Source: an uncultured delta proteobacterium (GTDB taxonomy: Bacteria > Desulfobacterota > RBG-13-43-22). From it: DNA of 64,000 bases. The notes below the pieces were generated by a model. It saw nothing but the letters and a program-made list of their open reading frames with translations, had not been told where the DNA came from and made no database searches. Both the position numbers and the translations under genes were made by a program. Below, piece after piece: positions 32,269 to 42,205 of this stretch. Numbering within the stretch: the stretch's first letter is position 1; every line of letters begins with the position of its first letter. The DNA lies in assembly GCA_963802945.1 (NCBI GenBank), contig CAWDKY010000015.1:475413-539412 (forward strand). The letters run 5' to 3'.

Positions 32269-32454
32269 TTGATCCTCCTGGAATAAAGGTTTTATGGGTT
32301 CATGCTTACTTAATAGGAACTTATATCAAGTATAGTGAAGTATATCTAGAAGGCTACTTACTGGCAAGAGGAATTGTCCACTTTAAGTTGTAAGTCGGTT
32401 AAGCAAATTCTTTTTAATTTTTGCCAAAACAAGACCAGACCCCATTTTATTTTC

Positions 32455-32720
32455 AGTGGGGTACGAATCATTTTGGGTTCTGGGTGGATGGGGATTTCGA
32501 CAAGTTTGCGAAGAACACAATATCGATTGGCGTGTGGTATTAGTGTCGCGCTTAACAGCTTTTTTTTAAGGATAAAAAAGCCAGTTTAAGCCCATTTTTA
32601 CCACGCATTTATCAAACAGTTCCCTATGAATCCAGTTTTTTCGTCTGGTAAGACCCCAATCCCTTTGTCCGGTCCAACCCCCATTCAACCCAGGAAGGTT
32701 GATCCCCTGACCTGACCCGA
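32455..32720 (+). repeat. Junction repeat family 1, modules C+D
   Basis: gtggatggggatttcgac...aatatcgatt...gcgcttaa..agctt...cgcatttatcaaaca..tcctatgaat...tcgtctggt.agaccccaatccc matches 36925-37105; the start matches 34882-34930. Confidence 0.8.
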
Positions 32721-32890
32721 ATTCCGAGGAGATGATTGAAAAAGATGATTGACAGAGATATGAGGAAATGACACATATAAAAATATATTCAGTCCTTAAA
32801 GCATCTATGTCTTCGAAAGGATGGATAGGGTGGAAAGGCGGTATTTGCCGTATCATTGAATTTATTCATAACCCATGAAAGGAGGAGAGC

Positions 32891-33664
32891 ATGTCACTGA
32901 CACTTCGTCAAATCTGCCTGGTGGCCAGAAAGCTTCAACCTGCTATCGAAGACTTAAAGTCCATACTGGGGATCGAGGTCTGCTACGTCGATCCAGGAGT
33001 CGGGAAATTCGGTCTGGAAAACGCCCTGATGGCCGTTGATACGAATTTCATCGAGGTTGTTGCGCCAATTGCTGAAAAGACAGCCGCTGATCGGTATCTG
33101 GACCACCGGGGAGGAGAGGGGGGATACATGGTTATAACCCAGGCCGATAATGCCGAGATACAGGGCGCCTGCCGTGGCCGGGCCGAAAAGATGGGCATCC
33201 GGGTGGCCTGGGAAAGACAGCATGAAACAGGTCGTACCATGCAGCTCCACCCTGCTGATACGGGCGGAAGCTTTTTTGAGATTGATTCGGACGAGAGCAA
33301 TGATCCACGGGGCAACTGGGCGGCTGCTGGAGGGAAGACCTGGATGAAACATATACGCCGGGATGTGGTTGAGGCCATCAAGGGGGCCGAACTCCAGTCG
33401 GATGATCCAACTCGCCTAGCCGAAAGATGGAGTGCCATCGCCGGTATTGCATTACAAAAGGATGCCTCCGGCCTTCTGGAAATGCCGTTAAACAACGCCG
33501 TGATCCGTTTTGTCCAGGCGATCGATGGACGGGGAGAAGGCCTGGGCGGCATCGACATCAAGGCTGTGGATAAAGTGAGATTACTCAAGGCCGCGGATGA
33601 GCGAGGTCTTAAAGTGTCAGAGGCACAGGTGATGATCTGTGGCCTTCGGTTTAATCTGGTTTGA
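32891..33664 (+). CDS. VOC/glyoxalase-like domain protein
   Basis: LRQICLVA, DPGVGKFGLENA, FIEVVAP, GGEGGYMVI, QLHPADTGGSFFEID. Confidence 0.82.
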   Translation: MSLTLRQICLVARKLQPAIEDLKSILGIEVCYVDPGVGKFGLENALMAVDTNFIEVVAPIAEKTAADRYLDHRGGEGGYMVITQADNAEIQGACRGRAEKMGIRVAWERQHETGRTMQLHPADTGGSFFEIDSDESNDPRGNWAAAGGKTWMKHIRRDVVEAIKGAELQSDDPTRLAERWSAIAGIALQKDASGLLEMPLNNAVIRFVQAIDGRGEGLGGIDIKAVDKVRLLKAADERGLKVSEAQVMICGLRFNLV

Positions 33665-33727
33665 GGGAATCATAATGTCAAAACATTGGATCATTGAACC
33701 TGGAAAAGATGAGGAGGGAATGGAACC

Positions 33728-34810
33728 ATGTCGGATGAGATTTATTACCAGTTGAGGGATATTCTGGACAAGTTTCCCAGGGGATTTCAGCAAACAGAAT
33801 CCGGAGTAGAAATCAAAATCTTAAAGAAACTTTTTTCTGAAGAGGATGCCAGACTGGCGGTTCAACTTTCTACGGCTCCCGAAGAACTCGGGGAGATCGC
33901 CAGCCGCCTGGAAGGGAATATCGATGATCTGAGGCAAAGGCTGGAGGAAATGGCCAATAAGGGATTAATATTCCGACTAAGACGTCAGGGTAAGACTTAC
34001 TATCGGGTCGCCCCCTATGCGATCGGGCTTTACGAATATGCGGTCAAACGGATCGACAAGGAACTGGCTTCCCTTTTTCGGGGATATTATGAGGAATCCT
34101 ATCTCAAGACCCTGGGATTCCATAACATTCCAGGATTCAAAGTCCTTCCGATTGAGCGAGGGATCAAGCCGGATAGCGTACTTCTGCCTTATCAAATGAT
34201 TGAAGAAAGCATTCGGGGGGCAAGAAAGATCGCCGTTGCCGACTGTATGTGTCGTAAAGAGGCCAGACTGCTTGGGGAGTCATGTCAACATCCGATTGAA
34301 AACTGCCTCAGTTTCGGCGCTGCCGCCGAGTATTATATCGAATCAGGGCTTGGCCGTGAAATAACCGCAGACGAAGCGATTAAGATATTAAAAGAGGCCG
34401 ACGACTCAGGGCTGGTTCATGCCGGGGCCAATTCAAAGCATCTTTCCAATATCTGCAATTGCTGCCCCTGCTGCTGCCTGGGGTTAAAGACCCTTACTCA
34501 AAAGGGAAGCTATCGGGAAAGACACTTCAATCCTATCTTTGAGCCCCTGATCGATGCGGATGCCTGTACGGCCTGTGAGGTCTGTGTTGAACGCTGCCCG
34601 GTTAAAGCCATATCCGTGGAAGAATTTGCCAGGGTGGATAGAGATAAATGCCTCGGATGCGGGCTATGCACCGGCCCCTGCCCGGTGGAGGCCATCAGCA
34701 TGATGGTGAGGAAAGACGTTCGGCATCCCTTCGACAACGTGGCCGAACTTGGAGGCGCAGTCCTTAAGGCCAAGGGAAAAGCACCGCTGACCGTCAAGCA
34801 AAAAGGTTGA
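33728..34810 (+). CDS. 4Fe-4S dicluster protein with N-terminal HTH-like domain (paralogue 2 of 3)
   Basis: TESGVEIKILKKLFS, CMCRK, ADDSGLVH, ICNCCPCCC, CTACEVCVERCP, CLGCGLCTGPCP. Confidence 0.88.
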   Translation: MSDEIYYQLRDILDKFPRGFQQTESGVEIKILKKLFSEEDARLAVQLSTAPEELGEIASRLEGNIDDLRQRLEEMANKGLIFRLRRQGKTYYRVAPYAIGLYEYAVKRIDKELASLFRGYYEESYLKTLGFHNIPGFKVLPIERGIKPDSVLLPYQMIEESIRGARKIAVADCMCRKEARLLGESCQHPIENCLSFGAAAEYYIESGLGREITADEAIKILKEADDSGLVHAGANSKHLSNICNCCPCCCLGLKTLTQKGSYRERHFNPIFEPLIDADACTACEVCVERCPVKAISVEEFARVDRDKCLGCGLCTGPCPVEAISMMVRKDVRHPFDNVAELGGAVLKAKGKAPLTVKQKG

Positions 34811-34881
34811 TGATAAAGGGGCCACCGCTATTGTTCGCGGTTAGAGGACAGAAGAATAGGTTAATGAGAAAAACGGAATAG

Positions 34882-34930
34882 AGTGGGATACGGATTATTT
34901 CAAGTTACGAGTGGATGGGGATTTCGATAA
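34882..34930 (+). repeat. Junction repeat family 1, start of module C
   Basis: agtgggatacggattatt...gtggatggggatttcgataa versus agtggggtacgaatcatt...gtggatggggatttcgacaa at 32455. Confidence 0.65.
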
Positions 34931-34932
34931 AC

Positions 34933-35433
34933 TCAATTCCTTCGCTTGGTCCGACCCCCTTTAATCCAAAACTTCCCTTGTGAAAAGGGGAGTCGCGCAT
35001 TGATTTGAAAGGCGATTTCCTCCGGCAGCTTCAATTTTTTAATCATCCGCACACCTGGCCGCCACTGATACCGATTCAAATCAATGGTCCCATCCAGCCT
35101 AAATAAAACTCCTTCTTCTTCCAGCAAAACCCATTGCAATTCCCCGTGGCCAACCTTATAGGTCGAAATCCCGCCGTAATGATTAATGACCCGCTGCCAG
35201 GGCACTACATGCCCATAAAAGAAGAGAACACGCCCTACTTGGCGCGCTGCTCTCGGTGTATCGGCCAGCAAGGCCACCTGCCCATAAGTCAGAACATGTC
35301 CGCGAGGGATGGCCCGTATAATCTCCAACACACGCTGCTGAAAAGAATTTATTGGTCGCTCCTGATTATTTATTTTCGGATGCCGTCTGCCCCGACTTTT
35401 TTTTAGGATAAAAAGTGGGGTGTTTTTTTTCAT
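34933..35433 (-). CDS. Alkyltransferase-like (ATL, MGMT-family) DNA-damage binding protein
   Basis: IPRGHVLTYGQVA, PRAARQVG, and PWQRV in place of catalytic PCHRV. Confidence 0.85.
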   Translation of the reverse strand: MKKNTPLFILKKSRGRRHPKINNQERPINSFQQRVLEIIRAIPRGHVLTYGQVALLADTPRAARQVGRVLFFYGHVVPWQRVINHYGGISTYKVGHGELQWVLLEEEGVLFRLDGTIDLNRYQWRPGVRMIKKLKLPEEIAFQINARLPFSQGKFWIKGGRTKRRN

Positions 35434-35540
35434 ACACCAAAATTATACAAAGATCTTGAACAAAAGCAAGGACAGCGGCCTACTGGTTTGGCAGTTTGGC
35501 AATAAAACAGGAAGGGCAGTGATATGGTAGTGATCAAAAA

Positions 35541-35702
35541 TCAAACCTCCTCTTCTTCCAACATAAGCTGATAGGCTTCACGGATATTTTCCTCTAACTC
35601 TTGAAGTGACTCTCCCTGACTGAAAACGCCGGGGACCTCTTTGAGCCTGCCCACATACCAGTTATCATCAACCCAATATTCCAAACTGAAAACCCTGTCC
35701 AT
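35541..35702 (-). CDS. Short HicB-like antitoxin (53 aa; not in the ORF track)
   Basis: RBS ggaggga; MDRVFSLEYWVDDNWYVGRLKEVPGVFSQGESLQELEENIREAYQLMLEEEEV*. Confidence 0.8.
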   Translation of the reverse strand: MDRVFSLEYWVDDNWYVGRLKEVPGVFSQGESLQELEENIREAYQLMLEEEEV

Positions 35703-35820
35703 TTTAATCCCTCCCTCCAATTTTATCTTATTCTAACGATAAAATTTTTTTAGCAAGACGAGAAAATTTCATAAATTCCTTTCTCCTGGTCCGCCCCCCA
35801 TTAAAAATGGTTTTATGAGG

Positions 35821-36582
35821 TTAAAGATACCCGTAGGCTTCCCAGCCGCCGTCGATATTGACCACCGATCCCGTCATAAACCCGGCCTCATCGCTGGCCA
35901 TGTAGACGGCCAGACCGAGCAGTTCCGGAACCTCGCCGATACGCCCCAGGGGTGTCCGCTTCTCGATGGCTCCGATGGGGAGCATGCCGCTTTCAATCAC
36001 CTTGTCGACGAGTTCGGTGCGAAAGTATCCGGGCGCGATGGCATTGACCCGGATGTTCTTCTTGGCCCATTCGATCGCCAGGACTTTGGTCAGCATGTTC
36101 ACGGCGGCCTTGCTGGCGCAATAACCCGCCCTTCCCGGCGCTGCCACGATGCCGTAAACGGAGCTGATATTGATGATGCATCCTCCTCCCTGAGGGATCA
36201 TTCGGCGCGCCGCTGCCTGGCATCCGTAGAAGACTCCGGACAGGTCCGTATTGAGAGCCCGCTGCCAATCCTCGGGAGTAAGTTCTTCGGAGGGTCGGGC
36301 CATGGAGATCCCGGCGTTGTTGACCATAATATCCAGGCGGCCAAAATGGGCCCCGGTCTTCTCGACCAGGTTATTGACGCTTTCAGGGTTGGCCACATCT
36401 AATTCCACGGCCAGGGCACTTCCTCCTGCCCGGACAATCTGCTCGGAAATGGATGAGAGCAGGTCCATGGACCTGCTGGCGACAACAACTGCCGCGCCCT
36501 CCTCGGCATACCGGACGGCGATCCCCTTTCCGATGCCTTTGCTGGCGCCGGTGATGACGGCGACCTTCCCTTTCAATTGCAT
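35821..36582 (-). CDS. Short-chain dehydrogenase/reductase
   Basis: TGASKGIG, NNAGI, catalytic YCASK, IRVNAIAPG, DGG. Confidence 0.94.
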   Translation of the reverse strand: MQLKGKVAVITGASKGIGKGIAVRYAEEGAAVVVASRSMDLLSSISEQIVRAGGSALAVELDVANPESVNNLVEKTGAHFGRLDIMVNNAGISMARPSEELTPEDWQRALNTDLSGVFYGCQAAARRMIPQGGGCIINISSVYGIVAAPGRAGYCASKAAVNMLTKVLAIEWAKKNIRVNAIAPGYFRTELVDKVIESGMLPIGAIEKRTPLGRIGEVPELLGLAVYMASDEAGFMTGSVVNIDGGWEAYGYL

Positions 36583-36780
36583 GTAAAACCCCCTTTCTCA
36601 TTAGGGTCTCGAAATATCACTTTTTCATTACCCTACCTCTTTTATCGCCGTTTAATCTTAACACAAAGCATTCCCCAATAAATAAAAATCTTTTTATGAA
36701 TATGGGATTCGGGCAAAATCCTCAGCTGAGCGAATTACCGGCATGATAAAAAAATTATGTAGGAAGAAGTCCGCCAAAAG

Positions 36781-36900
36781 ATGCGACAAGCCCTATTCTT
36801 CGAAAGCTACGGACAAAATCTTGTTCGCGGAACCGACGACCAGAAAGAAGCGGTGAAAGAGTTTATGAAAAAAAGAGTGCCGGTATTTAAGGAGTGTTAA
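36781..36900 (+). pseudogene. 3' remnant of an enoyl-CoA hydratase
   Basis: MRQALFFESYGQNLVRGTDDQKEAVKEFMKKRVPVFK*, a crotonase C-terminal signature. Confidence 0.65.
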
Positions 36901-36924
36901 ATAAGAGGGCCCATCGGTTTCCAA

Positions 36925-37432
36925 ATGGATTGGGATTTCGGCGGGTTTTGCGGGGAACGAAATATCGATTAACGCGCGGCAATAATGCTGCGCTTAAAAG
37001 CTTCTTTTTAAGGGTATAAAGATCACTTCAAGTCCAGTTTTCCCCCGCATTTATCAAACAATTTCCTATGAATACTTTTTCTTCGTCTGGTGAGACCCCA
37101 ATCCCTACAAACCCTTATAATTTACAAAATTATAGGCCTGATGTCCTACCCGTTATACCAAGATAAAAGACCTGACCCTCGACCCGCAATCCCTTCGTCC
37201 GATCCGACTCCAATCCCATCTGGGAATCGATATAAGTATTATGTCCCCAGAATTACCAGAATTACAAAAGGGAAGGGAATGATCCGGTTTAGCCGAGGGT
37301 TCAATCAAAAACAACCGGCTCAATGGGAAAAAATAATTTTAGAACCAGCGTCCCATCTTACGCATTTTCCCCCTGCATTTTTCAAACAATTTCCTATGAA
37401 TCCAACCCTTCCGTTAGGTCCGACCCCCAACC
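36925..37432 (+). repeat. Junction repeat family 1, modules C+D followed by B+D
   Basis: 36925-37105 matches 32485-32655; 37266-37360 matches 29893-30005; 37370-37405 repeats module D. Confidence 0.8.
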
Positions 37433-37467
37433 AGACCAATCACAAGCCTACTGAACCGGTAGAACAA

Positions 37468-39729
37468 TTAGGCAGCAAGAAGTAATGAGTCACATTCATG
37501 AAGAAAGAACCAACTATCTGGAAGGGTATAACTAGTTTGTCGTCTGTAACGCGCTGCCAATGCTTCTCGGAGTTTTATAACGACAGGCGCTGCTGTATCT
37601 CGAATAGATTCATAAGATTGGTTGAACTGAGGTGTATCACCTAATTCACCAGAGGCATGCATAATAAGTACATGAGCAATTGGCTCAATAGATGGATGAA
37701 TTACTTCCTGCACTAAGGGAATCACCTCTCGATATTGTTTCTGCTGAATTCGAAGACTCGCAAGAGCTGTTTTGAAGTATGCACAATGAGATACCCAAGG
37801 ACACTCTATTGATCCCCAATCGAAAATATTTTCTGCCTTTTTTAGTTGACCCGAACGCATTTGAGCCATCCCCTTGATATGATAAGCAATCCATTCATTT
37901 TGACTTGCTGGTAAGTTAGTCGGGAGAAGACTCAAGGCGTTTGGGTAATCACCCATAGCCACCAGCACAGATGCCTTTCCATTTCGACCCACCATGCTAC
38001 GAGGGAATTTACTTATAACTAGCTCATATGCCTCCAGTGCCTCCGGTAGTTTTCCTATCTTCCTATAAGTTTCGGCGATACCATGGTATGACCAGGGGCT
38101 CAAAGGGAATTGCATAATAATTTTCTTATACTCATCTAGGGCATCAGTAAAACGTCCTAAATCTCGAAGTATTTTTGCATGTGAAGCCAGTGTATCCGAA
38201 GCCAACGGAAAGCGCTCAACTAAATTAGCGAAAGTCATCTCAGCATCTTCCAGTTTGCCGAGTTCCCGTAAAACTTCTGCACGGGCGTTCTGTGGAATTA
38301 TTTCTTCAGGGTAACTCTCAGCAATCTTACCAAATTCTTCTAAGGCTTCGTTGAGTCGGCCCATGTCTCGTAGCACTTGGGCACGACCACTAGAAGTAAT
38401 TAAATCAAAGGGCTCTTCGCTCAATATTTGGTCATAAGCTTCTAATGCTTCGTTGAGCCTACCGTAAGTTGCCAATGCCGCTGCACGACCATTGCGTGGA
38501 ACAATGTTTTCAGGAAATTCATGCATACACTGCTCATAAATTTGAATTGCTTCTTCTATCTGCCCGAGATCCTTCAATACCTCCGCACGACCATTTAGTG
38601 CCACACAAGCATCTCCAAGCACACCCGCTTCATGGTAAGCATCTTGAGACTTTTGGTACTCAGCAAGCGACCTGTAGGCGTCTCCAAGGGTTGCATATGA
38701 CCAAGAGTCTTTAGGAGCTTCCGCAACAGCTTTTGAAGCAAATTCTAATTGGAGTTCTGGACTACCCAATCTCTTAGCAAATTGTGCCAGATCACATAGA
38801 GATTTGGCTATATGTTCAGGTTCACTAACTCGACGTTGACTAATAATAAGTTCTTCAGAGTATCGCAGCGCTAACTCCTGTTTCCCCTCTTTAAGAAGCT
38901 TTTTAATAGCCTCCTTCTGTTTTTCGACATTCTGAAAAACATCGAAGCTACTTATAGAACGTTTTTTGTATGCATTATCAATTCCACTATTGGTATCATC
39001 GTCAATCTCCTCACTTTCAAAGTCGATATTAGTAATAGATTCTTTGAAAGGAGCAGCCCATGTTTGAAATATCGTTCGAGCTTTACTGCTACCTCGGAAA
39101 TAAGGGTGAGTGAGAAGATCAATGATAGCTAAATTCTTTTTCTGGCGCTGAGTAACGAATAGGCGAAATGCTCCATATCTAACAGCTTGATAATAAAAAT
39201 TTCGTTTGCTAGCTGGATTGCCAAAGAGACTGATTGGTAATGCTTCCCACGCAGCAACCCTTTTTGATATTTCCTCTTGGTCACTCTGAAGTATACTAAG
39301 GAATTGCGTTATATGAGCTAATGATGAATCCGCACTTAGTTGAATTGCACCATTCAAGTCTGCAGTTGAAGGCAATGGCGCTGAATATATGTAGTTCTCG
39401 ACATATCTTCTCACCTCATCTTGATCGAGAGAATCATCCAAGCATTCTGCAGCCTCAAGGCGGGTTTGCGATTCCTCTTCATGATCTAACAGTATTAGAA
39501 TAAGCTGCAGACTTCGGTTCTGTACCCATCCTAATTTCAACTTTTCTAGTACTTCTGATCGCGATGTATTCTCAAGTTGAATGATATCAGTGGCATCGGC
39601 AAATAAGTGAGGTAGTTCCCATTCGTGCCGTAGAGTCCAGGATTCTGGTGAATTCAGACTAATAGAGTACAGCTGTTCAGGCTCTATGCAAACTGCAACA
39701 GCTGATTGCCCTGACAAAATCGCATTCAT
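37468..39729 (-). CDS. 753-aa protein: unknown N-terminal ~260 aa followed by many tandem TPR motifs
   Basis: Repeated NGRAEVLKDLGQIEEA / SGRAQVLRDMGRLNEA / NARAEVLRELGKLEDA units with 34-aa periodicity; ATG overlaps the upstream TGA (ATGA at 39726-39729). Confidence 0.88.
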   Translation of the reverse strand: MNAILSGQSAVAVCIEPEQLYSISLNSPESWTLRHEWELPHLFADATDIIQLENTSRSEVLEKLKLGWVQNRSLQLILILLDHEEESQTRLEAAECLDDSLDQDEVRRYVENYIYSAPLPSTADLNGAIQLSADSSLAHITQFLSILQSDQEEISKRVAAWEALPISLFGNPASKRNFYYQAVRYGAFRLFVTQRQKKNLAIIDLLTHPYFRGSSKARTIFQTWAAPFKESITNIDFESEEIDDDTNSGIDNAYKKRSISSFDVFQNVEKQKEAIKKLLKEGKQELALRYSEELIISQRRVSEPEHIAKSLCDLAQFAKRLGSPELQLEFASKAVAEAPKDSWSYATLGDAYRSLAEYQKSQDAYHEAGVLGDACVALNGRAEVLKDLGQIEEAIQIYEQCMHEFPENIVPRNGRAAALATYGRLNEALEAYDQILSEEPFDLITSSGRAQVLRDMGRLNEALEEFGKIAESYPEEIIPQNARAEVLRELGKLEDAEMTFANLVERFPLASDTLASHAKILRDLGRFTDALDEYKKIIMQFPLSPWSYHGIAETYRKIGKLPEALEAYELVISKFPRSMVGRNGKASVLVAMGDYPNALSLLPTNLPASQNEWIAYHIKGMAQMRSGQLKKAENIFDWGSIECPWVSHCAYFKTALASLRIQQKQYREVIPLVQEVIHPSIEPIAHVLIMHASGELGDTPQFNQSYESIRDTAAPVVIKLREALAARYRRQTSYTLPDSWFFLHECDSLLLAA

Positions 39730-40565
39730 CTGGAAATCACCATTGTGGCACCAATCTCTTTTAACTTCCTAAGAACTGATTTGAGTATGACCTTGTCTTC
39801 TCTTTGGCGCGGCTCAGGCCCGGATAAATGTTCAATTGCGCGACGATGAATTGGGCCATATATGTGTACCTCTATAAAATCGGAATCGGTAGCATCTGAA
39901 TTGGCCAAGAGTCCACTAAAATCAGACCAAGTGGTCATAGGGGTTAGTCGCTTTCCAAGCTTTGCTACTGCCAGTGATCCTCGTTTCATCCAGGGCGCGC
40001 GGTACCCAAAAGGTAATTTATCGCCAGGGACAATTCGATGCCTTTTAATAAACATAGTTGAATTTTCTTCAAATACGGTTGCACGATCCCGTATGGCCAT
40101 CTCCTTTAATACTATACAGTAGTCTCCGTAACCTGAAATGCCGGTACGGTCAATAGATAATGAACCAAAGCGTATATGCTCAGCATAGTACGGAAAGAGC
40201 AAACTATCAACCGCCTGTCTTATTTTATCCCATTCATTATTTTCTGGTATTCGTGCCTCGCAACCTACAGCTTGATAAAAAGTTGCAAAAAGCTGGCTGT
40301 CACTTGAAAGAAACTCATTGATTTTACCGAGAGATCGATTGATAAGCACTGAAGACTGGGCGACAGCACCGTAAAATTCTTTTAAAATACTTTCGTATCC
40401 TCTCAAAGCAGCATTCTCTTCTGCTTCTTTAACTCTAAGTTCGAGTGTACTAACTTCTTCTTTACGAAGTGCCGCACGCACGTTTGGAAATCCAGCATCG
40501 GCTCCACAGACCACACAAAAGCGCACATGCTCAGGTATCTCTTCGTGACAATTGAGACATTTCAT
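39726..40565 (-). CDS. Zinc-ribbon protein with a DUF3626-like (putative ADP-ribosyltransferase-fold) domain
   Basis: N-terminal CLNC-x10-CVVC; motifs IRFGSL, GYGDYCIVLK, DRATVFEENS, DFIEVHIYGPI. The CDS is secure; the family call is tentative. Confidence 0.7.
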   Translation of the reverse strand: MKCLNCHEEIPEHVRFCVVCGADAGFPNVRAALRKEEVSTLELRVKEAEENAALRGYESILKEFYGAVAQSSVLINRSLGKINEFLSSDSQLFATFYQAVGCEARIPENNEWDKIRQAVDSLLFPYYAEHIRFGSLSIDRTGISGYGDYCIVLKEMAIRDRATVFEENSTMFIKRHRIVPGDKLPFGYRAPWMKRGSLAVAKLGKRLTPMTTWSDFSGLLANSDATDSDFIEVHIYGPIHRRAIEHLSGPEPRQREDKVILKSVLRKLKEIGATMVISR

Positions 40566-40927
40566 GGCGTATATCAAGCCTGGTATTGTATTCGGCAACA
40601 GAAATGAATAATACTAAAAAAAATCCCACCTTAAATTCTGATTAGTTACTTGCCACCAACAACCAATAATCAAACTTCAAATTACAATTTCTAAAAATAC
40701 TACACCTATCAGCGGATTTTGTCAAAAAAATATCATCGTTTTAATATATCTTATTGGTGCAACAATTTCTATCTATTTATGTCACTTCGCTTACATGGGC
40801 TCTAATGATATGGGGGTCAAGTCTGCTCCTTACTCTTTCTACCAATTATTCGTTACCGTAAACTTCTCACTATAAAAGAATGAGGACTGATATTAACCGC
40901 GTGAAAAAAAGAATTATCTACTCAGTT

Positions 40928-41093
40928 ATCACTTCAACCGGCAATCAGGCCCGAGATTTCTTAAAAAACGTCCATCGGTTGGTGCCTGCCCTGCAGACCC
41001 GCAGGGGCATGGTCGTTCGTCGAAAAAAAACTTTCAAAGTTCAAAAAGAAAATAAAAGCTCAAAATTAAATCGGAGGACAGCAGTTTAAAAAC
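40928..41093 (+). repeat. Junction repeat family 2, copy 1
   Basis: atcacttcaaccggcaatcaggcccg...cctgccctgcagacccgcaggggc...cagtttaaaaac; near-identical to 41291-41455. Confidence 0.92.
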
Positions 41094-41290
41094 TGAAGAA
41101 TCCGGGGTCAGGTCTATTTTCTTTGCATTCCGCTTTCTGTCGCCCATCCCTCAGCTAAATCCTCAACCCCTTCAAGGCGGGTCCCACCCTAATTGGGTGA
41201 ACTTGAAGTCGCAAATTGCGATCTCAAGTTTCAAACCTTCTTTAATAAAAAATTCTTACCCGTTTTAAAAAAAGAAATGTCTGTTCAGCT

Positions 41291-41455
41291 ATCACTTCAA
41301 CAGGCAATCAGGCCCGAGATTTTTAAAAAACGTCCATCGGTTGGTGCCTGCCCTGCAGACCCGCAGGGGCAGGGTCGTTCGTCGAAAAAAAACTTTCAAA
41401 GTTCAAAAAGAAAATAAAAGCTCAAAATTAAATCGGAGGGCAGCAGTTTAAAAAC
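41291..41455 (+). repeat. Junction repeat family 2, copy 2
   Basis: Direct repeat of 40928-41093 with a few differences. Confidence 0.92.
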
Positions 41456-41458
41456 AAC

Positions 41459-41814
41459 TTATATCGGGAACCCTTTTGCAAATCGTACTTTTGTCTCAGT
41501 AGCAATTACAAACTGGTCAATAATTTGATCAGGATAGGTCTTCAATAATCTTTTAATGGTCTCGATTTTAATAACAGCCCGTTCATCCTCAAGACGCAAC
41601 AGAATAACGCCGTGATGAGGACGCCGATCTCGATTTTTCCTCCAAAATCCTTGTCGTTGGTTATCAAAATCCAACTCTCGACGGAAGCCTTTTGGATAAT
41701 ATCGTCATCACTCATTCCCCGAGCTTCTTCATAGACTGAAAAAACTTCCTATCTTTCATCCCTTAACCATTCAGCCACGGCTGGACCGGTGCATTCGTCT
41801 ATGAGAAAACGCAT
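41459..41814 (-). pseudogene. DUF5615-type PIN-like toxin, inactivated
   Basis: MRFLIDECTG...WLRDER*EVFSV (premature TAG), ILITNDKDFG then a frameshift, HHGVILLRL; downstream of the DUF433 gene. Confidence 0.8.
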
Positions 41815-42063
41815 TTAGGTCATTTCCGCCACCAAGGGCATAAAGGCGGTATCCTCAAGAGATTTGGTAGCGAATAAAATACAGGCTTGAACATCCTCCA
41901 ACATAAGGCCCTTATACTTTTTTATTATTTCATTTGCTGTTGATCCGTGGGCCAGAAGATTCAAAATGTATTCCACTGTCAAACGAGTCCCCTTTATAAC
42001 CGGCTTCCCTACCATAACTTTAGGATCAATGGTTATTCGCTTAAGTAGTTGTTCGTCTTTCAT
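41815..42063 (-). CDS. DUF433-family antitoxin
   Basis: RITIDPKVMVGKPVIKGTRLTVEYIL...EDVQAC. Confidence 0.92.
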   Translation of the reverse strand: MKDEQLLKRITIDPKVMVGKPVIKGTRLTVEYILNLLAHGSTANEIIKKYKGLMLEDVQACILFATKSLEDTAFMPLVAEMT

Positions 42064-42205
42064 GATTTTAATCCCCCGCAAGAGAGGCTATTATTCCTAA
42101 AGCAACTTGTTTCTCTCCATCCATCCGATCGCTTTTAATTTAACTTAATTATTATACTACCTATTTTCAATTTACCCCAACTAAAAAATCTGGTTCTCCT
42201 CCCCA

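Noticed and set aside
37090-37485. ORFs overlapping repeats (32374-32856, 37090-37485, 40880-41089, 41193-41417, 43065-43307)
   Set aside because: They are translations of non-coding repeats; frames are not conserved between copies.
41201-41227. ORF6N/KilA-like gene (LKSQIAISS-type motif)
   Set aside because: Only a short palindrome (ttgaagtcgcaaattgcgatctcaa); no supporting ORF.
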